Origin: Candidatus Latescibacterota bacterium | GTDB taxonomy: Bacteria > Latescibacterota > UBA2968 > UBA8231 | Reading direction: 5' to 3' | DNA: 64,000 bases | Assembly: GCA_965261395.1 (NCBI GenBank) | Contig: OZ253462.1 | Location: 864,001-928,000, forward strand | Shown here: positions 1 to 10,136 of the stretch, piece after piece | How the letters are laid out: every line of letters starts with the position of its first letter | Numbering within the stretch: the stretch's first letter is position 1 | The notes under the pieces: generated by a model | What the model was told of the DNA's origin: nothing | Database searches by the model: none | What the model saw: only the letters and a program-made list of their open reading frames with translations | Translations under genes and position numbers: made by a program

Positions 1-723
1 ATCTGCGCCACCATTATCGAACACGGCTGCCATCTCATCATCGAAAAACCCGCCGCCGTTACCACTGAGCAAATCCGCCAGCTCGCCGCTTTAGCCCGCC
101 GCCACAAAGTACTGACCGGCGTCGCCTTCCAACGCCGTTTTGCCCCCGTCATTCGCCGTGGCAAAACGCTGTGCGAAAAACGCGGCACCGTGCACACCGC
201 CCACGCCAGCTTCTACAAAAACTGGGTCGGTGGCAGTCCCTACTATCGCGGAGCTTTGGACATGCTTACCTGCGATGGCATCCACGCCGTCGATACCCTG
301 CGCTACCTATGCGGCGGCGAAGTCGAATCCGTCGCCAGCGACTCGCGCCGCCTCGACGCTGACCACTGGAATGTTCACTTAGCCCTAGTTCGTTTCAGCA
401 GCGGGGCCACCGGACTCTTGCTCAACAATTTCATGGCCGGCCGGCGGATGTTCAGCGTCGAGGTCCACTCCCCCGGCATCTCCTTCTTCGGCGACCCCGA
501 AGAAGGCGGCCAGCTATACGCCGACAACAAGACCGAGCCCATCGACGAGTTGGTCCCCTCTGTCTTGGCCGGCAGCGCAGAGGACTATCGAGCCTTCGGC
601 CCCTACGATATCAACCGCCATTTCGTGGATTGCATGTTAAAGGGAAAAGACCCCGAAACGAATTTCGACGACGCGATCAAGACCATGGAATTGGTCGATG
701 CGGTCTACCGTTCGCAGATTTGA
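1..723 (+). CDS. Gfo/Idh/MocA family oxidoreductase (5' end outside window)
   Basis: Frame is open from base 1 (ICATIIEHGCHLIIEKPAA...). It has the EKP motif, VAFQRRF, and a DGIHAVD catalytic-His motif. Confidence 0.85.
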   Translation: MCATIIEHGCHLIIEKPAAVTTEQIRQLAALARRHKVLTGVAFQRRFAPVIRRGKTLCEKRGTVHTAHASFYKNWVGGSPYYRGALDMLTCDGIHAVDTLRYLCGGEVESVASDSRRLDADHWNVHLALVRFSSGATGLLLNNFMAGRRMFSVEVHSPGISFFGDPEEGGQLYADNKTEPIDELVPSVLAGSAEDYRAFGPYDINRHFVDCMLKGKDPETNFDDAIKTMELVDAVYRSQI

Positions 724-809
724 GCAACGCTAGTTTGGCTTTATCTATATGTCGTTTAGCAAGCTAGCCGTGATACCGCTCATAGCGGCGCTGCCTATAC
801 GGCCGCTCC

Positions 810-1772
810 TTAGTCTTTTTTCGTTCCCCACCGAGTAGCGATAACTGCATCCATGAAAATCTGCCCTAGGTGAAACACAATACAAGGTATTGCTATCAAA
901 CCCTTCTGCTCGGGCGACACCGCCGACTCCGGCAAAAAGGCCAGCACCGTCATCGCCACCGGCAAGGTCTTCTGGCTGGCCATCAGCACAACGGCCTTGC
1001 GCGCCGCCGCCTCGAGCTGCAACAGCACGCAAGCGCCGCCGTTGAGCAGCAGGTAGAGCCCGTGGATTGCTAGTCCAGACAATACTAGGATCAACAAGCT
1101 CATCGGCTCTACCTGGGCCAGCCGTCCAGCAGACTCGCTGAATTTCATCCACGGAATCGATATCAGCGCCGCGTTGCTGGCCAAAGTCAACCGCGAGCGC
1201 TGGGCGTTGATCCAATCGACGGCGAAGCGCCGCAGGTACTTGCCGACGCCCAAGGGCAGCAAGATTGAAAGACAGAGTTTGGCGAACAGATCGCCGGCCG
1301 AAAGTTCGACCTGACCTAGGGAACTCAGCAGATGCGCTAATACGAAGGGCACCGTGAAGATGCCGACGATATTGGTCAGCACCGTCAAAAGCAGGGCCAA
1401 GGCTACGTTGCCTCGGGCCTGCGCCGTCAGCGCCACGCCCGAGGTCAGGGTCGTCGGCATGCAGCAGAACAGGGCTAGACCGAATTGGAAGGCGGGCTCC
1501 ATCGGAAGTTGGAACGCGATCACTGCTCCCAGAAAGGGCGTGGCGAAGAGAATCGAAACACACCCCCAAGCCGTCGCCTTCCACGCGGCGAGGGCGGCGT
1601 GGACTTCGTCGGTCTTCAGCATCAGCCCGGAAAGGAAAAAGATAATACTGACCGCGACGTACTGCGTGGGCAGTTCGGCCATGTAGAGGCCCGGACGGGG
1701 AAAGAAGAAACCCACCACGGCCACAGCCAACAGACCAACGGGTAGGAATTGTCGCTGTAGGAAACCTAGCAT
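810..1772 (-). CDS. Bile acid:sodium symporter family (SLC10A7/SBF-like) transporter
   Basis: About 10 hydrophobic segments; PTTLTSGV and SQKTLPVA motifs. Confidence 0.85.
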   Translation of the reverse strand: MLGFLQRQFLPVGLLAVAVVGFFFPRPGLYMAELPTQYVAVSIIFFLSGLMLKTDEVHAALAAWKATAWGCVSILFATPFLGAVIAFQLPMEPAFQFGLALFCCMPTTLTSGVALTAQARGNVALALLLTVLTNIVGIFTVPFVLAHLLSSLGQVELSAGDLFAKLCLSILLPLGVGKYLRRFAVDWINAQRSRLTLASNAALISIPWMKFSESAGRLAQVEPMSLLILVLSGLAIHGLYLLLNGGACVLLQLEAAARKAVVLMASQKTLPVAMTVLAFLPESAVSPEQKGLIAIPCIVFHLGQIFMDAVIATRWGTKKD

Positions 1773-1783
1773 TGCTCGCTAAT

Positions 1784-1809
1784 AAAAAAGGCCGGACGCC
1801 GTCCGGCCT
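1784..1809 (-). terminator. Intrinsic terminator after gap-mntR
   Basis: Minus strand AGGCCGGAC-GGC-GTCCGGCCT followed by a T run. Confidence 0.75.
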
Positions 1810-1843
1810 GACAGATAGAAGTTGTGTCCCCTCGGGTCGGGAT

Positions 1844-2389
1844 CTACTCGCTCTCTGCTAGGGCAACTCTGGGGTAGCCATAGCAGACGTCCTCGCAGAG
1901 GTTGCACGATTCCACATCGCCAGCGCGGCACTCCTGGGCACCTTCGCGGAACATGCAGAGAAACTCGTCAGCCGAGGGTTTTTCCGAAAATAACACGCGC
2001 AAAAAACAGACCAGCCGCACCCGCGCTTCATTGCTTACTAGGTGCTCGACCTTGCAGGCGTCGATCATTGCGTCGTCCTCGTCCATACCGAGGGCGTCTT
2101 TGAGGAACCGCTGCACGACCAAACGCGTGGCCTCAGTCTCTTGCACCACCTTCAAGCCCTGTTCGGTAAGTTCGAGGAAGCGGTTGAGGTCCTCTTGCAC
2201 ATAGCCGCGCTCCTTGAGGTGCTTCATTGCCGTCGAAACGCTGCCTTTGGTGATGCTCAGGTGCTTGGCAACATCCGAGACGCGGGCGTAGCCGTGCGCC
2301 TCGCGCAGCTCGTGGATCGCCATTAGGTGATGCGCGGCACTGTGGCTTAGTTCGTTTTCTTCGTAGGCTCTCCAGACTTCCTCAAACAT
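1844..2389 (-). CDS. DtxR/MntR family metal-dependent regulator with Cys-rich C-tail
   Basis: ARVSDVAKHLSITKGSVS winged HTH; DACKVEH metal-site motif. Confidence 0.85.
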   Translation of the reverse strand: MFEEVWRAYEENELSHSAAHHLMAIHELREAHGYARVSDVAKHLSITKGSVSTAMKHLKERGYVQEDLNRFLELTEQGLKVVQETEATRLVVQRFLKDALGMDEDDAMIDACKVEHLVSNEARVRLVCFLRVLFSEKPSADEFLCMFREGAQECRAGDVESCNLCEDVCYGYPRVALAESE

Positions 2390-2442
2390 ACGTTTCGCCT
2401 TTCTGCCTCCGCATAAGACGCAGGGCCTCGTATTGAGTCATG

Positions 2443-3513
<1,071 letters not shown>

Positions 3514-3780
3514 TCAACCGCGCATCCTGCAGGCTATACGACAATCTAAAGGGATATAGTACCAGGCGGATGAACGGAACTTTACAGCCCGATGTAAAGA
3601 CTTATATTGCACAGTTGCGGGAAGCGGGCAAGGCGGGCAAATCGGACTTGATTCTCAATTTTTGTGTTGCAAAAAGTTAATGAATAAACCCAACCTCAGC
3701 AAGAGCACTACCGCTGGTCGAAATGCGCGATGGCGGGCTAGGCTGAAGGGCAGGGAGGACGATCAAAGAATAGAGACGCG

Positions 3781-5193
3781 ATGCGAGAGGAAGGCATAGC
3801 CTTAGAAAAAGCGCTGCTGTGCATCGACGAGCAGCAGCGGGCCTATATCGAACAACTGAAATCCTTTATCCGCATCCCCAGTATCAGTGCTGGTGCCGAT
3901 GCTGCCGCAGGCGACGGCCTCGCCCAAGCGGCCGATTTCCTCGTCGGTCAATTCGACCAAATGGGGTTTGAGGTCGAGAAGATCCAGGTGAGGGCCGCTA
4001 CCAACCCCCTAGTCCTCGCCCGCAGCCCCGAGTTCTCGCCGCACCGACCCACCGTCTTGATCTATGGCCATTACGACGTGCAAGGGGTGGACAATCCGCG
4101 CTCGGCTTGGGAGGTGGACCCCTTCGCCGCCGAGGAGCGGGATGGCTTCCTCATCGCCCGGGGAGCCAGCGACAATAAGGGCCCCAGCTTCGCGCATCTG
4201 AAGGCAGCCGAAACCATCCTCGCCAATGGGAATCAGCTTCCGTTCGATTTGGTCTTCCTGATCGAAGGCGAGGAGGAATGCGGCAGCGCTGCATTGAGCC
4301 AGTTTGTGACCAAGGGCGGGCTGGACGAATTTTCCCCAGTGCTCTGTACGGTGATCTCCGATACCAGCATGTACGGGCCGGACCAGCCCTCGCTGACTTT
4401 GGGGCTGCGCGGCATTGTCTATACCGAGGTCGAGGTTTTTGGGCCAACGCAGGATGTGCATTCCGGCCTTTTCGGCGGCATTGTCCACAACCCGAACCAA
4501 CTTCTCGTCAACGCCTTGGCTGGCCTCATTGACGCCGAAGGGCACATTGCCGTGCCCGGTTTCTACGAGGGAGTGCAGCCGCTCTCGGCCCGTGAAAAAA
4601 GCCTCTACGATGCTCTCGCGGTTGACGAGGATGCCTATTGCCGCACCTTGGGCGTGCCCTCGCTGGAGGGAGAGCAGGAATACTCCGTCCTCGAAAGGCG
4701 CTGGACTCGTCCCACGCTCGACATCAACCTCCTCAGCGGCGGCAGTCCGCGCACCGTCATTCCGGCCGTTGCCCGAGCTGCCATCTCTTGCCGATTAGTG
4801 CCCGACCAGAATCCCGAGCGCATCCAAGCGGCCCTTGAAGGGCACATCCGCGCTCGGCTGCCCGCAGGCACCCGCGTCGAGTTCAAAAACCAGCATTGCT
4901 CACCGGCCTACCACTTGGACCTAGACCACCCCCTAGTCGAGCCAGCGCTCGAGGCCATGCGCAAGGGATTCGGGGTCGAGCCGGTATTTACCCGCGAGGG
5001 CGGCTCCATCCCCATCGTCGTCGATATTGCCGCCGCGACGGGTGCACCAGTCCTGCTCATCGGTCTAGGGCAAATCACCGATAATTGGCACGGCCCCAAC
5101 GAGCGCTTTTCCATGCGTGACTTTCACTGCGGCATCCGCACTTCGGCCGCGCTCTTATGCGAGTTGGCGCGAGTATCTCAGCGCGCAACATAG
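3781..5193 (+). CDS. M20 family dipeptidase
   Basis: YGHYDVQ, RGASDNKG, EGEEE, HSG and WHGPNE motifs. Confidence 0.9.
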   Translation: MREEGIALEKALLCIDEQQRAYIEQLKSFIRIPSISAGADAAAGDGLAQAADFLVGQFDQMGFEVEKIQVRAATNPLVLARSPEFSPHRPTVLIYGHYDVQGVDNPRSAWEVDPFAAEERDGFLIARGASDNKGPSFAHLKAAETILANGNQLPFDLVFLIEGEEECGSAALSQFVTKGGLDEFSPVLCTVISDTSMYGPDQPSLTLGLRGIVYTEVEVFGPTQDVHSGLFGGIVHNPNQLLVNALAGLIDAEGHIAVPGFYEGVQPLSAREKSLYDALAVDEDAYCRTLGVPSLEGEQEYSVLERRWTRPTLDINLLSGGSPRTVIPAVARAAISCRLVPDQNPERIQAALEGHIRARLPAGTRVEFKNQHCSPAYHLDLDHPLVEPALEAMRKGFGVEPVFTREGGSIPIVVDIAAATGAPVLLIGLGQITDNWHGPNERFSMRDFHCGIRTSAALLCELARVSQRAT

Positions 5194-5226
5194 TCCCGCC
5201 ACCCTGCACAAGACGAGGAACCACTC

Positions 5227-6042
5227 GTGTCTCTCTCCCACGCCCAAGTAACCCACTTCAAAAGCCACGGCTACACTGCGGTTGCCGATTTTTTTGATCC
5301 CCGCGAAGTCAAAGCCATGCAAGCCGAAGTCGAGCGCTTCAAACGCGAGGGCTTGGTCCGCAATGTCGCCACCGAGGGCGACGGTGAGACTCCCTCCACC
5401 ACTAAGGTCAACCTGCAACTGATTCCCCTGTACGACAAAAGCGATCTCATCCGCGCCCTGCCCTTTGACGAAAAAGTCACCGACGCGATCTCACAGCTCA
5501 TCGGCACTCCCTTCATCTTGCACCTAGATCAGATGTTTCTCAAGCCGGCCGGCCACGGCATCGGCACGGACTGGCACCAAGACAACGCTTATTTCAAAAT
5601 AGACGACCCATTAAAAGGCACTGCCATGTGGGTTGCCGTTCACGACGCAACCATCGAAAACGGCACCATCCACGTCGTACATGACTCCTTTAAGGAGGAG
5701 TACCCGCACGAGCGCGACCCCTACTCCGACCACCACATCCACTGCCAAGTACCCGAAGAGCGCACCGTGCCCATTGAGCTAAAGGCCGGTGGCATCGCCT
5801 TCTTCTGCTACGGCACCGCCCACTCTACCAAGGCAAATACCACTAATTGCGAGCGCGCCGGACTTGCCTTCCACTTTCTCCACACCGCTTGCGTCGATCG
5901 CGCCAACCTCATCGCCGCAAGACGCGGCCAGCCCGTCTTGGTAGGGCCGGAAGCCACCGGTGGCAACGCCGAATACGGCGTGCGCGTCGCTGGAACTTGG
6001 GAACGGGAAATCGAGCGCGTCCTCGAGGAAACAACCAACTAA
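5227..6042 (+). CDS. Phytanoyl-CoA dioxygenase (PhyH) family 2OG-Fe(II) oxygenase
   Basis: WHQD plus distal His (AHS) and N..R motif. Confidence 0.88.
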   Translation: MSLSHAQVTHFKSHGYTAVADFFDPREVKAMQAEVERFKREGLVRNVATEGDGETPSTTKVNLQLIPLYDKSDLIRALPFDEKVTDAISQLIGTPFILHLDQMFLKPAGHGIGTDWHQDNAYFKIDDPLKGTAMWVAVHDATIENGTIHVVHDSFKEEYPHERDPYSDHHIHCQVPEERTVPIELKAGGIAFFCYGTAHSTKANTTNCERAGLAFHFLHTACVDRANLIAARRGQPVLVGPEATGGNAEYGVRVAGTWEREIERVLEETTN

Positions 6043-7100
6043 TGCCACACATCAAACCCGACGACCTGCGCCAGATCGGCTACCAGCTTTTCGAGACGGC
6101 AGGCTGCCCTCCCGCAAGCGCCCGCGCCGTGACCGACCACTTAGTCGAATCCTCTCTCTACGGACACGACTCACACGGCAGTCTGCGTATCTACGAATAC
6201 ATTCAACAGATCCAAGACGGCATCTTTGATCCCAAAGGCCAACCTTCTATTGTCAGCGAAAGGCCCTGCACAGTGGTCGTCGATGGCGGCGGGACTATGG
6301 GCCAGATCGGCGGGACCTTCGCCACCCAGCTAGCCATCGATAAGGCCGCCCAGTACGGGGTCGCTACCGCCACCCTGCGCAACTGCGGGCACGTGGGCCG
6401 GGTGGGAGCCTATCCGCTACAGGTCGCCCGCCAAGGCATGATTGGTCTAGCCTTTTGTAACGCCGGGCACCTCGGGCGACAGATCGCTCCCTACGGTGGG
6501 ATTGACGGCAAGCTCAGCACCAACCCCATATCCTGCGCCGCGCCTCGGCGCAACGCCGATCCGCTCTTGGTCGATATGACCACCTCGGTCTGCGCCGAAG
6601 GCAAAGTCCGCGTCGCCCATAACCGCGGGGAAGAGCTACCCGAAGGCCGGATCATTGACCACGATGGCAACCCCTCTACCGATCCGCAGGCATTTGTCGG
6701 CGATCCGCCCGGCGCGATCCTGCCTTTCGGCGGCCCGGTGGCCTATAAGGGGTACTGCCTGAGTATGATAGTAGAGATTTTAGGCGGGGCCCTCAGCGGT
6801 CAGGGCTGTGCTAACGGGGAGACCGTCATGCAGAGCAACGGACTGCACCTGACGGTTTACGACATCGGGCACTTCGTCGAAATGGACTACTACTTCGACG
6901 AACTTGAAAGCCTAATCCGCCATGTATCCACCAGCCGCGTCGATCCGCACATCGGCGAGATACTGCTGCCCGGCGACCCCGAATACCGCACGGGACGCCA
7001 GCGCCAAGAAGAGGGCATTCCCATCGACGACACGACTTGGGGCCGCATCGTCGAGGCCGCACAGAGCCTCGGGCTGGACCCTCAAGCTTGGTCGCAATAA
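6042..7100 (+). CDS. Ldh_2 family (malate/L-lactate/sulfolactate dehydrogenase type 2) oxidoreductase
   Basis: ATG overlaps the upstream TAA; GHDSHG, HVGR, STNP, DMTTS and YKG motifs. Confidence 0.9.
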   Translation: MPHIKPDDLRQIGYQLFETAGCPPASARAVTDHLVESSLYGHDSHGSLRIYEYIQQIQDGIFDPKGQPSIVSERPCTVVVDGGGTMGQIGGTFATQLAIDKAAQYGVATATLRNCGHVGRVGAYPLQVARQGMIGLAFCNAGHLGRQIAPYGGIDGKLSTNPISCAAPRRNADPLLVDMTTSVCAEGKVRVAHNRGEELPEGRIIDHDGNPSTDPQAFVGDPPGAILPFGGPVAYKGYCLSMIVEILGGALSGQGCANGETVMQSNGLHLTVYDIGHFVEMDYYFDELESLIRHVSTSRVDPHIGEILLPGDPEYRTGRQRQEEGIPIDDTTWGRIVEAAQSLGLDPQAWSQ

Positions 7101-7107
7101 GGACGAG

Positions 7108-7206
7108 TGGCGGGAACGTGTGGGAATCGAACCCACCCAGCGCAACTCTCGCTACGCCGCAACGGATTTGAAGTCCGCGACAGCCACCAGGCACGCATCC
7201 GCTCCC
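7108..7206 (-). tRNA. selC: tRNA-Sec (anticodon UCA)
   Basis: 99 nt; GCGGA-CTTCAAA-TCCGT anticodon arm, 9-bp variable stem with GAGA loop, GGTTCGATTCC T-arm, G73 and encoded CCA. Confidence 0.93.
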
Positions 7207-7275
7207 GTAAAGTCCTCGTCTGAGTACACAGAAATATAGAATGACTTCCCAATAGCACCAACGAGACCCACGGTG

Positions 7276-8205
7276 CTACTTTTTTCGCGCTGCTTCGGCC
7301 CGCGCCTCGCGCTCGGCCCGCTCTGCCGCCTTGCGCTCGGCCACCTCGGCCTCCGTCGGCAAGCGCCGCGCGGGCATTTCTGGGTACGCGAGAGGCAGCT
7401 CCCAGCGCAGGGTTCGCAACGGAACGTCGCCTAAGTTCTCGATCTGCAACTCGAGATAGTTGTCGTCGCGCTGGACAATAGGCGTCTTGTCGTCGCGCTG
7501 GCGATTGGGGAAGAAGACTCTGTAGTAGGTTTTGCCGCCGAGGACCTCTCCTTCGGGACGGTCACTCTCGTAGGGGTAGTAGTTAAACGTCCCGCTCGGC
7601 TGGAAGCGCGCACCTCGCTGATTGACCAAGAAAGTGCGCGCACCGATATCGGCAATATATGGCTTGAGCTGAGACTCTCCGCTCGACAGATAAACGGTGA
7701 ACACCAAGCGACTGTAGAGCGTCAAGCCCCAACGGTCGTCGTACTGGTCGCGCAGGATGGGAAACTTGGAGTCGTAGATGACATCGACGACCCGGCGGAT
7801 GTATTGAGCCCTCCAGATGTCAAAGGTGCGTTTTTGCAGGGGATTGCGCGCATCAAAGGACGGATTTACGTAGACGAGATACTGAAAGTAGAGGCTATTG
7901 ATGTCCGTGCCGTCTTCGGTCGGGTAGGTGCCATCGACGTAGGAATAGATTAACTGCTTGATGCGGTATTCGAGCTGCTCCTGCCCCAAGCCCTCGCGCT
8001 CAGCACGCGCATAGGCGCGGGAGATCTCATAGGCGAAGGTGTGCAAGGTCGCCTGCACCAAGACGCCGTCGGCACCCCGGTGGCTTCTGTTTACGGTGCG
8101 CCATACTTCCTGCCCGACGCGCGCGAAGGGACCTTCCGAATGTTCTGGGCCGCAGCCGGTGACCGCCGCACACATCCAGCAAAGGAGCAAGACCCTGCCT
8201 GGCAT
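7276..8205 (-). CDS. Hypothetical lipoprotein
   Basis: 309-aa ORF with signal peptide and VTG-C lipobox; no family recognised. Confidence 0.65.
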   Translation of the reverse strand: MPGRVLLLCWMCAAVTGCGPEHSEGPFARVGQEVWRTVNRSHRGADGVLVQATLHTFAYEISRAYARAEREGLGQEQLEYRIKQLIYSYVDGTYPTEDGTDINSLYFQYLVYVNPSFDARNPLQKRTFDIWRAQYIRRVVDVIYDSKFPILRDQYDDRWGLTLYSRLVFTVYLSSGESQLKPYIADIGARTFLVNQRGARFQPSGTFNYYPYESDRPEGEVLGGKTYYRVFFPNRQRDDKTPIVQRDDNYLELQIENLGDVPLRTLRWELPLAYPEMPARRLPTEAEVAERKAAERAEREARAEAARKK

Positions 8206-8245
8206 GAATTACCTCCGTTGAGGAGGGAGGGCACCTAGCGTCGTG

Positions 8246-8689
8246 CTATTCCTTGACGACCCAGAGCTTGACCGCGGCTGCTACCTCCGGGTGGAGGCGC
8301 ACATCGATATTGTAAACGCCCAATTCGCGGATGGGGTCTTCGAGGTGGATGACGCGGCGATCTATCTCGTAGCCCTTTTCGTCGAGCAATTCGGCGATAT
8401 TTTGGGCGGTTACCGAACCGAAGAGGCGATCCTCCTCGCCGACCTTGACCTGCGCGGTGATCGACTCCGTCTCCAGCTTCTTGGCGAGGGCCTCGGCAGC
8501 GCGGCGGTCGCGCTCGGCTAGGGTCTCTTGCTGTTTGCGCCTAGACTCGAACTGGGCCATGTTGGCGGTGGTGGCGACCAATGCCTCGTTGCGAGGGATC
8601 AGGAAGTTGCGACCATACCCGTTCTTTACTTTCACGACCTCGCCGGCCGAACCCAGCGCTTCAATGTCCTTTAACAGAATTACTTTCAC
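8246..8689 (-). CDS. rplI: 50S ribosomal protein L9
   Basis: MKVILL..LG..G.VVKVKNGYGRNFLIP; LFGSVT. Confidence 0.97.
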   Translation of the reverse strand: MKVILLKDIEALGSAGEVVKVKNGYGRNFLIPRNEALVATTANMAQFESRRKQQETLAERDRRAAEALAKKLETESITAQVKVGEEDRLFGSVTAQNIAELLDEKGYEIDRRVIHLEDPIRELGVYNIDVRLHPEVAAAVKLWVVKE

Positions 8690-8723
8690 GACTTATCCTC
8701 CACTTCATAGAGATGTTTGGGCC

Positions 8724-9536
8724 TTACGCTTCTTCTTCTGTGGGGGCTGGGCGCAGCCGCCGCCAATCGAACCAAGTATCCAAAAGCCCCAATCCAGCCA
8801 AGAGCAGAAACGCCAACCCTGCGACAAAAAAAAGCCCTACGTAAAAAAATAGCTCGACCAAAGTCGGCACCTTTTGGCGCTGAGCGAAAAAGCGCAGCAC
8901 CGCCAATCCTTGTACTCCGTAGATAATCCCCATCAACACGATCAGATTGAGGCCCAAATCGGCCAACAATCCATCGCCCAAAAGACTTAGCCCCAAGGCC
9001 GCGATCAATACCCAAATCAGCTCTTCCCAGGGCCGCCACAAGGGCAGCGCCAGGGGAGCGGGCAGCGCCAGTCCCAGCCGCAAGGCCAAGCCCTGGCTCA
9101 AGCGATACGCTACGACAAACGTCAAAAGCAGGGTCGCCATCTCAATGGCCGGCTGCACCCGCAGGACCGCGTCGATCATCGCGCTTAGCGTCTGGCCGCT
9201 TTCCTCAACGGCCATCCCCAAGGCTTGGAACTGCTCCAAGACGGCGGCGGCTTGCTCTTGGCGATGGGTGCCATCGCGCGCCTGAATCAACTGCCAGAGA
9301 CATAAGCCCGCCGCCGGCGTCATGGCCATGGCCATGACGCGACCATAGGTCTGCTGACGCTCTATTTGCAAGATGGCGAGCAACCCCATAATGGGCACCA
9401 GCCCCAACGCGGCCCCTAGCTGCATGGCGGTGCCCAAGCAAAGCAGGCCGATCAAGGGCAGGGCGCCACGCGAGCCGTAGCGCAAGCTGGCCAAAAGCGA
9501 AACGACCGCCAGCGCTATGCCCAGCAGAATCAGCAT
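8724..9536 (-). CDS. DUF2232/YybS family membrane protein
   Basis: Hydrophobic; QGLAV and GLLDTWFDWR motifs; usual position upstream of rplI. Confidence 0.85.
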   Translation of the reverse strand: MLILLGIALAVVSLLASLRYGSRGALPLIGLLCLGTAMQLGAALGLVPIMGLLAILQIERQQTYGRVMAMAMTPAAGLCLWQLIQARDGTHRQEQAAAVLEQFQALGMAVEESGQTLSAMIDAVLRVQPAIEMATLLLTFVVAYRLSQGLALRLGLALPAPLALPLWRPWEELIWVLIAALGLSLLGDGLLADLGLNLIVLMGIIYGVQGLAVLRFFAQRQKVPTLVELFFYVGLFFVAGLAFLLLAGLGLLDTWFDWRRLRPAPTEEEA

Positions 9537-9551
9537 CGGCGCACGCCGACT

Positions 9552-10097
9552 CTAAGAGTCGTCGGACTCTTGGACGACGGCCTCTGCTGCTGCTGGCGAA
9601 TCCTCTACCCTCTCTACCTTCTCCTCAGGGGCCTCCTTTTCAGAGGCCGCACCTCGGGCCGCGGCGCGGTCCCTCGGGCCGCGGGAGTCGCGGGAGTCGC
9701 GGTCGCGGTGCGGGCCGCCTCGGTCCCTCGGACCACGGGCCGGTCGGGCAAAGGCTTCTGCAAGGAAATTGTCGGCGGCTAGCTCGGGCACGTGGATAAA
9801 CTCGCCGTCGACAGCGGTGACGAGATAGCGCAGCACCACTTCGTCGAGCTTGAGCGTCTGCTCCAGCCCTTCGATAGCCGTCGGCTCGGCGGAAAACTGG
9901 TAGAGCACGTAGTAGCCTTGGTGCCGGTTCTTCAGGCTAGCCGAGGTATAGGCCAGACGCCGCAGACCCCAATTGTCGATCCGGACGACTTGCCCGCCGT
10001 TTTCCTCGAGAAGTGCCTCGTATTTTTCGAGGAGTTGCTCATATTGGCCCTCGCCGGCTTGGGGGTCCAAGATACATACGAGTTCGTAGTTTCTCAT
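9552..10097 (-). CDS. rpsF: 30S ribosomal protein S6 with long charged C-terminal extension
   Basis: MRNYELVCILDP, WGLRRLAY, GYY, VLRYL; start set at ATG 10097. Confidence 0.95.
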   Translation of the reverse strand: MRNYELVCILDPQAGEGQYEQLLEKYEALLEENGGQVVRIDNWGLRRLAYTSASLKNRHQGYYVLYQFSAEPTAIEGLEQTLKLDEVVLRYLVTAVDGEFIHVPELAADNFLAEAFARPARGPRDRGGPHRDRDSRDSRGPRDRAAARGAASEKEAPEEKVERVEDSPAAAEAVVQESDDS

Positions 10098-10136
10098 TGT
10101 ATTGCGCTTTCTTGGTTCTGGTCTGGGGCACATCCC

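Noticed and set aside
745-1584. Long alternative-frame ORFs overlapping real genes (also 23058-23912, 23977-24870, 27934-28551, 28407-29087)
   Set aside because: Shadow ORFs expected at high GC; Arg/Pro/Ala-rich with no motifs.
3617-7206. Genomic island integrated at selC (M20-PhyH-Ldh cluster)
   Set aside because: No integrase, and only a 7-nt match to the tRNA 3' end, which is not a credible att duplication.
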